DNA from: Oscillospiraceae bacterium
GTDB taxonomy: Bacteria > Bacillota > Clostridia > Oscillospirales > Ruminococcaceae
Direction: 5' to 3'
Length of the DNA: 64,000 nt
NCBI GenBank assembly: GCA_045600205.1
Contig: JAZRXM010000029.1
Span: forward strand, 58,911 to 122,910
The notes under the pieces were generated by a model. It saw only the letters and a program-made list of their open reading frames with translations. It did not search any database and was not told where the DNA came from. The position numbers were made by a program, and so were the translations under genes. The first letter of the stretch is position 1, and each line of letters starts with the position of its first letter. Below are positions 57,253 to 64,000 of this stretch, piece by piece.

Positions 57253-58302
57253 ATGGCTACGAGTGCACAAAGACGGATCAAATCTGTCAGCTATGCGAGA
57301 TACGGCTACTTCTTTACCGCGCCGTTCTTTATTGTTTACTTCATCTTTATGCTTTGGCCCTTGCTCCAGACTTTTATCCTTGCTTTCCATGGCAATGGTG
57401 TACCTGAAAAGGTTTCTACCCCTACAACCATCAACGACTTTGTCGGCCTTGAAAACTTCAAGACGATTCTGTTCGGTGGTGCCAGCTTTAAGGCAAAGGG
57501 TATCCATACGGATTTTATCAATTGCTGCAAGAATACAGTTCTGGTCTGGGTCGGTAACTTCATTCCTCAGATTTGCCTCTCCCTGCTGCTTGCGGTCTGG
57601 TTTACGGACCTCCGCGTCAAGATGCCGGGCAAAGGCTTCTTCAAAGTTGTCATGTATCTGCCGAACGTTATTACGGCTGCATCTGTTGCAGGTCTGTTCC
57701 TGTCCCTGTTCGGCGATTCCCAGTTCTCTGTTGCAAACCTGTTCCTGATCAATAACGGTTTCCGCGAGGAGGCTTACCAATTCGTTTCGAGACCGTGGTC
57801 ATCCCGTATCATTGTAATGTTCATTCAGGTATGGATGTGGTTCGGTAACACCATGATCATGCTGATGTCGGGCATTCAAGGTATCAATGAGTCGCTGTTT
57901 GAAGCGGCTGAAATCGACGGCGCAAATTCCCGTCAGACGTTCTGGAAGATCACTTTCCCGCTGCTGAAATCCATTATGGTCTATACGCTGCTCACCTCCA
58001 TGATCGGTGGTTTGCAGATGTTCGATATCCCGTATATGCTCCATACCGGTTCTCAGCTCAACGATTACATCAAGACGGTCGCTGTCTTTATTTTCGAGAA
58101 ATTCCACAAAGACTATATGAACCCGAGTTACGGCTATTCCGCTGCTGCGTCTGTCATTCTCTTTGTCATCACCAGTATCCTCGGTGCGCTCGTATTCTAT
58201 GTGCAGCGTGACAAGGATGCCATTGAGATCAAGAAAAAGAGAAAACAGGCTGCAAAAGATGCGAAGAAAAGAGCAGCAATGGGAGGTGGATTCGGCTTAT
58301 GA
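57253..58302 (+). CDS. Carbohydrate ABC transporter permease (MalF/UgpA-like)
   Basis: Six TM segments with the EAA-loop region LFEAAEIDGANSRQTFWKITFPLL and a basic C-terminal tail. Confidence 0.9.
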   Translation: MATSAQRRIKSVSYARYGYFFTAPFFIVYFIFMLWPLLQTFILAFHGNGVPEKVSTPTTINDFVGLENFKTILFGGASFKAKGIHTDFINCCKNTVLVWVGNFIPQICLSLLLAVWFTDLRVKMPGKGFFKVVMYLPNVITAASVAGLFLSLFGDSQFSVANLFLINNGFREEAYQFVSRPWSSRIIVMFIQVWMWFGNTMIMLMSGIQGINESLFEAAEIDGANSRQTFWKITFPLLKSIMVYTLLTSMIGGLQMFDIPYMLHTGSQLNDYIKTVAVFIFEKFHKDYMNPSYGYSAAASVILFVITSILGALVFYVQRDKDAIEIKKKRKQAAKDAKKRAAMGGGFGL

Positions 58303-59192
58303 GTAAAGTATCGTATGCTGGTGACAGCACTGCAAGCTTCAGAAGAAAGATCTTCTTCAAGTCTGCGCTCATTTACCTGGCGCTGATTCTGCTCACGCTG
58401 ATCTGCCTGGTTCCGCTGTGGATTCTGGTCGTCAACGCGACCCGTAACCACAATGATATTATCAAGGGCATTTCGCTCCTCCCCAGCAATTACCTGTTCA
58501 AGAACATCAAAGAGTTGCAGACCAACACGCTGTATACCTCGTTTTTCCATCCGCTTGTCGGTATGCGTAACAGCTTGATTATTGCTGGTTCCTGCTGCGC
58601 TCTGACCGTGTTCTTCTCTGGTCTGACCGCATATGGTCTTGTTGTTTATGATTTTAAGCTGAAGGGTCCGATGTTCACGTTTATCCTTGCAGTCATGATG
58701 GTGCCTTCGCAGGTTACTGCCGTAGGTTTCATGAAAATGCTCGTAAACTGGAACCTCTTGAACAACTATATTCCGCTGATCATACCTTCGATTGCAGCAC
58801 CTGCGATCGTGTTCTTCATGCGACAGTATATGTTGTCATCCTTCCCGCTGGATATCATCGAAGCTGCGCGTATTGACGGTTCCGGTGAGTTCCGCACCTT
58901 CCTGACCATTTCCATCCCGATGATGAAGCCTGCATTTGCCGTTCAGGCAATCTTCGCGTTCATCGCAAAGTGGAACGATTACTACAACCAGTCCCTCGTA
59001 CTGGTATCCAACCGTCCTAACCAGACCACCATCCCGATGATGGTTCAGGGCGTTACCGCAATCGACAGAAATCCGAATTTCGGTGCAAACTTCGCCGCAA
59101 TTGCGCTTTCTATCGTGCCGGTTGTAGTTGTCTACGTCATTTTGTCGAGATTCATCATCGGCGGCGTTGCCGCAGGCGGTGTCAAGGAGTAA
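58299..59192 (+). CDS. Carbohydrate ABC transporter permease (MalG/UgpE-like)
   Basis: The start overlaps the upstream stop (ATGA). The EAA loop is IIEAARIDGSGEFRTFLTISIPMMKP. Confidence 0.9.
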   Translation: MSKVSYAGDSTASFRRKIFFKSALIYLALILLTLICLVPLWILVVNATRNHNDIIKGISLLPSNYLFKNIKELQTNTLYTSFFHPLVGMRNSLIIAGSCCALTVFFSGLTAYGLVVYDFKLKGPMFTFILAVMMVPSQVTAVGFMKMLVNWNLLNNYIPLIIPSIAAPAIVFFMRQYMLSSFPLDIIEAARIDGSGEFRTFLTISIPMMKPAFAVQAIFAFIAKWNDYYNQSLVLVSNRPNQTTIPMMVQGVTAIDRNPNFGANFAAIALSIVPVVVVYVILSRFIIGGVAAGGVKE

Positions 59193-59232
59193 TCCTTTTC
59201 TCGCAGAGTGGTCTGAATCATTCAGCACAAAA

Positions 59233-59266
59233 AGCACGGTGTTTTTTACGGCACCGTGCTTTTCAT
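59233..59266 (+). terminator. Intrinsic terminator after the second permease gene
   Basis: The stem AGCACGGTG / CACCGTGCT is followed by TTTTCATTT. Confidence 0.6.
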
Positions 59267-59286
59267 TTGGAAAGGAGCGCATCGTA

Positions 59287-60042
59287 ATGGAGGACAAACG
59301 CTTTGCTGCGGCGTTGCAGGCGGCTGCATACGACATGGGATGCAAGGGGATCGGCACCATGCGTGAAAAGACCCTGCATATCGTGTTGAAGCATTATTTT
59401 GCGCCGGATGCATCCTGTCATGAGCTGCCTGTCGGCGGATTTATCGCGGATGCCGTGACCGAGGACGGCGTATTCGAGATTCAGACGCATGGGCTTTCTC
59501 GTCTGAAAGAAAAGCTGACGGCTTTTCTGGCGGTTTGTCCCGTGACGGTCGTGCATCCGATTGCCAATCCGAAATGGCTTTATACCGTGGATGAAAACGG
59601 TGTGTTGCTTTCCAAACGAAAATCTCCGAAGCATGAATCGCCCTATACCGCAATGCGGGAAATCTATTCGCTGCGGGAGTTTGTGACGAATCCGCGGTTT
59701 TCGATTTGCCTTGCGGCGGTAGAAACGGCGGAATACCGACAAAAATCACCGCGTAAGGGCGTGCGCGGCGAAAAGCTCGACCGTGTCCCGACGGCATTGC
59801 ATGGTCTGCAAACGCTTTCTGCTCCGTCGGATTATCTTGCGTTGCTGCCTGTTGCGGAATTGCCTGAGGTGTTCTCTGCGCGGGATGCCGCCGCATTGAC
59901 GTCTGCCGCTGATGAGGGCAGTATGCGGATGCTGCTGCTGCTTTTGGAACGGCTTGGTGTGGCAGAATCCGCAGGCAAGTCGGGGAATCGGAAGCTTTGG
60001 CGGCTGACAGAACTGTATCGCTCCGACGCCATACGGGGTTGA
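59287..60042 (+). CDS. Hypothetical protein with a PD-(D/E)xK-nuclease-like N-terminal motif; the ORF ends inside the right repeat
   Basis: The ATG at 59287 is 9 nt after AAAGGAG. TLHIVLKHYFAPDASCHELPVGGFIADAVTEDGVFEIQTH fits a D...E.Q/K nuclease core. The last codons (AIRG, stop) are supplied by the repeat and dpaA sequence. Confidence 0.65.
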   Translation: MEDKRFAAALQAAAYDMGCKGIGTMREKTLHIVLKHYFAPDASCHELPVGGFIADAVTEDGVFEIQTHGLSRLKEKLTAFLAVCPVTVVHPIANPKWLYTVDENGVLLSKRKSPKHESPYTAMREIYSLREFVTNPRFSICLAAVETAEYRQKSPRKGVRGEKLDRVPTALHGLQTLSAPSDYLALLPVAELPEVFSARDAAALTSAADEGSMRMLLLLLERLGVAESAGKSGNRKLWRLTELYRSDAIRG

Positions 60043-60051
60043 CTTCGAAGC
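60020..60051 (+). repeat. Right copy of the 32-bp imperfect direct repeat (attR-like)
   Basis: GCTCCGACGCCATACGGGGTTGACTTCGAAGC, with the identical core CCATACGGGG at 60029-60038. Confidence 0.8.
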
Positions 60052-60196
60052 CGCAAAAGACTGCGGTATTCGTGTGATACAGGCGTCTGCTCTGCCCGCG
60101 AAAACTGCACCCGAAACGGCAGGGAAAATCGTCGCTGATGCAGTGAATGCGATCCTTGCGGAGCATTTTGCGCAGGGAGGTGACGGCAATGCCTGA
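60029..60196 (+). pseudogene. dpaA: Dipicolinate synthase subunit A 3' fragment (last 55 codons), still start/stop-coupled to dpaB
   Basis: PYGVDFEAAKDCGIRVIQASALPAKTAPETAGKIVADAVNAILAEHFAQGGDGNA, then a stop. This fits the DpaA C-terminal pattern (PGG.DF..A...GI.....LPGK.AP.TAG). The TGA overlaps the dpaB ATG (ATGCCTGA). Confidence 0.75.
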
Positions 60197-60794
60197 GCAA
60201 ATTCTCGCGGGATGCCGTCTGGGTTTTGCGATGTGCGGCTCATTTTGCTGCGCGGCAAAGGGTTTGCAGGCGGCGCAGGAATGCATCGCGGCGGGGGCGG
60301 ATTTGCTGCCGATCGTATCGGAACATTTTGCGTCGATTACGACACGTTTTGGGTCGCCGCAGAATTTTCTGGCACCGCTTACAGCATTGGGCGGCGGCAA
60401 ACTGATCCAAAGCATTGCGGCTGCAGAGCCGATCGGTCCGAAAAACCTCACGGATGCGCTGGTGGTATGCCCATGCACGGGCAATCTGATGGCGAAACTC
60501 GCAAACGGCATCACGGACAACACCGTGACCATGGCGGTGAAATCACATCTGCGCGGTGCAAAACCCGTGATTCTCTGCATGGCGACCAATGACGGGCTTT
60601 CCGCTTCCGCAAGGAATATCGGGGAGCTTTTGTGCCGCAAATACTATTATTTTGTACCATTCGGGCAGGATGCGCCAAACGCAAAGCCCTGCTCTCTGGT
60701 GGCGGATTTCACGCAAGTTCCGCTGACAATTGCTGCCGCATTACGCGGGAAGCAGTTGCAGCCGCTGCTGTTGCGCGATACGCCGATTTCATAA
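60189..60794 (+). CDS. dpaB: Dipicolinate synthase subunit B (SpoVFB, flavoprotein family)
   Basis: GCRLGFAMCGSFCC, AAEPIGPK, VCPCTGNLMAKLANGITDNTV, MATNDGL, YYFVPFGQDAPNAKPCSLVA and KQLQPLLL. These parallel the B. subtilis SpoVFB blocks. Confidence 0.9.
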   Translation: MPEQILAGCRLGFAMCGSFCCAAKGLQAAQECIAAGADLLPIVSEHFASITTRFGSPQNFLAPLTALGGGKLIQSIAAAEPIGPKNLTDALVVCPCTGNLMAKLANGITDNTVTMAVKSHLRGAKPVILCMATNDGLSASARNIGELLCRKYYYFVPFGQDAPNAKPCSLVADFTQVPLTIAAALRGKQLQPLLLRDTPIS

Positions 60795-60800
60795 CATTTT

Positions 60801-63533
60801 TTGCAGGAAGGGCGGAGCATTCAGCTGCCGCCGCCTGCGATTGAAGGGAAGGACATCCTGTTGAAACAACTTAAACGGGTAATTCCGCCGCTTCTTGCGG
60901 GATTGTTCACATTGCTGCTGTTCACGGTCGGATACGCGGTTTTCAAGCTGTACCCGTTTGGCGGCAAAACCATCGCGTGGTGCGATATGAACCAGCAGGC
61001 GGTACCGCTTTTGCTGCAAATGAAAGAAATCCTGCGGTCAGGGGAATCCCTCACTTATACCATGCTTTCTGCGGGCGGTATGAATTTCTGGGGCGTATTT
61101 TTCTTTTTCCTCAGCAATCCGCTGTCATTTGTGGTGCTGCTGACCGATCTCCGTGCAGATTTCCTGATGAATCTGCTGGTACCTCTCAAGCTTGCGCTTT
61201 GTGCCGCTACAGCGGCGGTCTGGCTGCGATACCGTAGTCCGAAGCTGCCGCCGATTTTTCAGGTACTGCTTGCTTTGATGTATAGTTGCAGCGGATACGG
61301 CTTGTTTTACTATCAAAACCTGATGTGGCTGGATGTGCAGGCAATGTTGCCGCTGATGTTGATTGCGGTGGACAAGCTCCTGCACGGCAAACGAAATTTG
61401 CCGTATATTCTGGCGCTTTCGGTCATCATCATTCTCAATTTTTACACGGGCTATATGGTCGTGCTGTTTTTGCTGCTTTATATCGCACTGCGAATCTGGT
61501 TTTACGTTCCGAAAGCGGAGCGTGGTGAAACGTCTTTGCGCTTCTGGATCTGCAATTTGCTGGCGGCAATGCTGACGGCGTTTGTCTGGCTGCCAACACT
61601 GTTGCAGGTGACGGCATCGGCTCGCAGCAGCAACCTGATTGCATCCGTGCAGTCCGGCGTGGTATTGGATTCATTACCGGATAAGATCTCTCTGCTTGGC
61701 TGTACGGCACTTGCGTTTGCGGCGTATTTTCTGCTCTGGCAGTACCGCGATGAAAACGAGAAAAGTCATCTGCGGCGGCGTGTGATTGCGATTTTGTTTC
61801 TGCCGGCCATGCTGATCGACCCAATCAACCGTATGTGGCACATGGGCAGTTATCAGGCGTTTCCGTTCCGCTGGTGCTTTATCCCGTTGCTGTTGCTGCT
61901 GACGTTTTCCACGTTTTTGCTCACCTCTGATACGACCCTGCAAAAAAGCAGGAAAACTGCAATGGCGGTGCCAATTCTGCTGCTGATTGTTTACGCGGCA
62001 GTTGCCGTTTTGCTCTATCGCACGAAAAAAGAGGAACTTACAAGCTATGTCACTTCGCTCTGGGTCAGCGAGATCGCCTGCCTGTGGATGTTGCTGCTGA
62101 CCGTGCTTGCTGCGGTGATTTACGGGCTGTGCATCCTGAGCTTTCGTAAAGGGAAGCTTTCCCTGCGGAGTTGTGCGGTCATTCTGTGCGCGATGTTTTG
62201 CGGCGAGTTTGCACTCAATTTCACCTGCTATATGGGTGCTGCTGGCAGCGTCGATTCCTCTTATACGACGGCAATGGCGGCGGCGCATCAGATTGACGAT
62301 TCGGATGGATTTTACCGTGTCCGTTTGGCGAAGAAATATACGCACGCGAATATGGTTGGTGCGCTTGGATATCCGTCACTGTCGCATTACACCTCACTGA
62401 CCCGTGAGGATTATCTGGAAGGGATGAAGAAATTCGGATATACTTCCTACTGGATGGAGGTATCGGCAACGGGCGGTACGGTGCTTTCCGATGCGGTGTG
62501 GAATGTGCGGTATCTGTTGGGGCAAAACTGGGATTTCACACCGGAAATGAAGCGTGTTTGGACAAACGGTACCCTGTCCTACGCGAAAAATGACATTCAG
62601 CTTCCGCTTGGCGTCCTGACGCAGCAAAATCCCGCAGAAATTGCGGATTTACCGAGCGGCAGCCGCAGCGGCATACAGAATGTGATTGCCGAGCGGATGC
62701 TTGGCGTGTCCGACCTTGTCACCGATTATGAAATCACGGAAACAGAAAAACTGTCGATTGAGAAAGACGCAGATACAGGAATGATCCATTGTAAACTGGA
62801 CGATGAGGAAACCGTCGGTGCGCTGACCTACACGTTCCATGTGGAGGATGAACAGATACTCTATTTTGATTTGTTCAGTTTGACGGGCACGCAAATCTAT
62901 AACCCGCGCAAAAATGCGGCAACTATATATTTCAATGGCACCCGCATCGCATCAGAGTACCCTGACAATGCGCTCAACGGTATGGTATATCTTGGCACGG
63001 CATCTGATAAAGACGTAAAAGTGCGCGTTCTGATTGAGAAATCGTTTGACTGCGAGAGCCTTGGCGTTTGCGGATTTCATATGGATAAATTGCGTTCTGC
63101 CTGCGAAAACGCAGTTGGTGCGACGGTAAACTACGACGGAAAAGGCAGATACATTGCGCATTCCGAGGCGGCAGAGCCCTCCTTGCTGGTTCTGGCAATT
63201 CCGTATGATGAAGGCTTTTCGGCGAAAGTCAACGGGCAGCCTGCGGCGGTTTTTCGTGTCAATACCTGTATGACGGCTGTTCAGGTGCCTGCGGGCGCGG
63301 CGGATGTTTCCCTTGATTTTGTTCCGCGGGGGCTGCGCTGCGGCGAACTGCTTTCGGTTTTGGGCATTTTGCTGACAACCCTTTGGCTATCCGTGCGCAG
63401 AGCCGTTGATGCAAAATACAAGCTAAAATTTTTGCGTCAGGCAGCGTTGTGGGCTGTATCGGGGGCTTTTGTACTGGTAATTTTATTGGTTTATATCATG
63501 CCTTGTGTTATATTTATTATCGGTTTATTTTAG
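60801..63533 (+). CDS. YfhO family polytopic membrane protein (glycosyltransferase-like)
   Basis: FKLYPFGGKTIAWCDMNQQAVPLL, GGMNFWGVFFFFLSNPLSF, many TM segments and a large extracytoplasmic C-terminal domain. The likely true start is the TTG at 60861, 7 nt after GAAGGGAAGGA. Confidence 0.85.
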   Translation: MQEGRSIQLPPPAIEGKDILLKQLKRVIPPLLAGLFTLLLFTVGYAVFKLYPFGGKTIAWCDMNQQAVPLLLQMKEILRSGESLTYTMLSAGGMNFWGVFFFFLSNPLSFVVLLTDLRADFLMNLLVPLKLALCAATAAVWLRYRSPKLPPIFQVLLALMYSCSGYGLFYYQNLMWLDVQAMLPLMLIAVDKLLHGKRNLPYILALSVIIILNFYTGYMVVLFLLLYIALRIWFYVPKAERGETSLRFWICNLLAAMLTAFVWLPTLLQVTASARSSNLIASVQSGVVLDSLPDKISLLGCTALAFAAYFLLWQYRDENEKSHLRRRVIAILFLPAMLIDPINRMWHMGSYQAFPFRWCFIPLLLLLTFSTFLLTSDTTLQKSRKTAMAVPILLLIVYAAVAVLLYRTKKEELTSYVTSLWVSEIACLWMLLLTVLAAVIYGLCILSFRKGKLSLRSCAVILCAMFCGEFALNFTCYMGAAGSVDSSYTTAMAAAHQIDDSDGFYRVRLAKKYTHANMVGALGYPSLSHYTSLTREDYLEGMKKFGYTSYWMEVSATGGTVLSDAVWNVRYLLGQNWDFTPEMKRVWTNGTLSYAKNDIQLPLGVLTQQNPAEIADLPSGSRSGIQNVIAERMLGVSDLVTDYEITETEKLSIEKDADTGMIHCKLDDEETVGALTYTFHVEDEQILYFDLFSLTGTQIYNPRKNAATIYFNGTRIASEYPDNALNGMVYLGTASDKDVKVRVLIEKSFDCESLGVCGFHMDKLRSACENAVGATVNYDGKGRYIAHSEAAEPSLLVLAIPYDEGFSAKVNGQPAAVFRVNTCMTAVQVPAGAADVSLDFVPRGLRCGELLSVLGILLTTLWLSVRRAVDAKYKLKFLRQAALWAVSGAFVLVILLVYIMPCVIFIIGLF

Positions 63534-63905
63534 CTTTATAGAGTAATTAAATATAAAAAATGTCCTGTCTGTATAATTGCTATGAAACGTGCTGGGGATA
63601 TTACGCATAGCATATGTTTGTATAATTAATATAATTGTTAAACGAGTGAAACTAATTCTGGAATGTGCTAAAAGATTAGTAGGTAAACAAAATGTATAAA
63701 TCGAAACAGTATTTACAAACCAAAGGAAAAATTTAGTAAAAACAATATGAATTTACACTGTATTCACGGAACGTTCATAATATGTTAACAAGTAGAGTAT
63801 ATAATATAAATTGTAAGGATTGGTATCAGTTTCAACTATAAGTAGAAACTAAAAAAAAGAAAAAAACAAAAAAGAAGATTAACAGAGAAGAAAGGGTGTA
63901 ATCTA

Positions 63906-64000
63906 ATGGAAACAAAAGGTATCAGTAAGCTTGATTTGAAGCGTCAAAACCGCAGACAGATTCTGCGTGTCATTCGTGAAAACGGTCCGACCTCCCGTGT
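63906..64000 (+). CDS. ROK-family transcriptional regulator, N-terminal 31 codons (runs off the window end)
   Basis: METKGISKLDLKRQNRRQILRVIRENGPTSR is the typical ROK/NagC-type winged-helix N-terminus. An RBS AGAAAGGGTG lies upstream. Confidence 0.6.
   Translation, partial: METKGISKLDLKRQNRRQILRVIRENGPTSR

Larger units (their letters stand above)
54838..60028. mobile_element. 5.2-kb inserted segment inside dpaA (cargo: DUF2185-like gene, CUT1 sugar-uptake genes, PD-(D/E)xK-like gene); no recombinase or transposase is encoded
   Basis: The segment is bounded by the direct repeats at 54819-54850 and 60020-60051. Removing the segment plus one core copy restores an in-frame dpaA C-terminus. Whether it is mobile is not shown. 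Confidence 0.45.

Noticed and set aside
54838-60028. Interpretation of the insert as a classical IS, transposon or prophage.
   Set aside because: No transposase, integrase or phage genes are present. The apparent short terminal inverted match (TCGGAGC at 54844-54850 versus GCTCCGA at 60020-60026) is part of the 32-bp direct repeats themselves. I report the element as an att-like bounded insert of unknown mobility instead.

Overview
This is a 64-kb chromosomal window from a Gram-positive, endospore-lineage Clostridia-type genome. That assignment is inferred from spoIIE, dpaB, CIRCE-groESL, a YlbF-like gene and glgBCDA, and the proteins look Oscillospiraceae/Ruminococcaceae-like. The content is mostly housekeeping. 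It holds the 5' part of rpoB (minus strand, running off the window) and an 8-gene plus-strand array: three paralogous membrane proteins, comM, a SEDS ftsW/rodA-type gene, tcdA, a small membrane protein and a 2-hydroxyacid dehydrogenase. After that come glmS, three tandem BspA-type LRR surface proteins, an AI-2E transporter, proBA, DUF1015, NUDIX, HAD, ylbF-like plus mutS, cysS and PadR-DUF2812. Next are a paralogous pair of uncharacterised proteins, a MerR/TipA-type regulator, ilvE, a LUD-domain protein, a Thr-rich lipoprotein, spoIIE, glgBCDA-ispE and groESL with a perfect CIRCE. The window ends with an OmpR/HK/HtrA module, an AraC regulator, CUT1 sugar-uptake genes, dpaB, YfhO and the start of a ROK regulator. 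Many genes have near-consensus sigma-A promoters of the form TTGNNN-17-TGnTATAAT. I found no rRNA, tRNA, CRISPR array, transposase or integrase. The most unusual locus is dipicolinate synthase subunit A (dpaA/spoVFA). It survives only as two fragments split by a 5.2-kb insert with att-like imperfect direct repeats, where recombination in a 10-bp core would restore the frame. It also lacks its N-terminal half. Secondary items are a face-to-face promoter pair with a candidate antisense sRNA at the rpoB promoter, a tandem triplet of membrane proteins sharing an EG(F/Y)PxF motif, and an uncharacterised paralog pair divergent from PadR-DUF2812. All family assignments come from reading the translations by eye; no searches were run.
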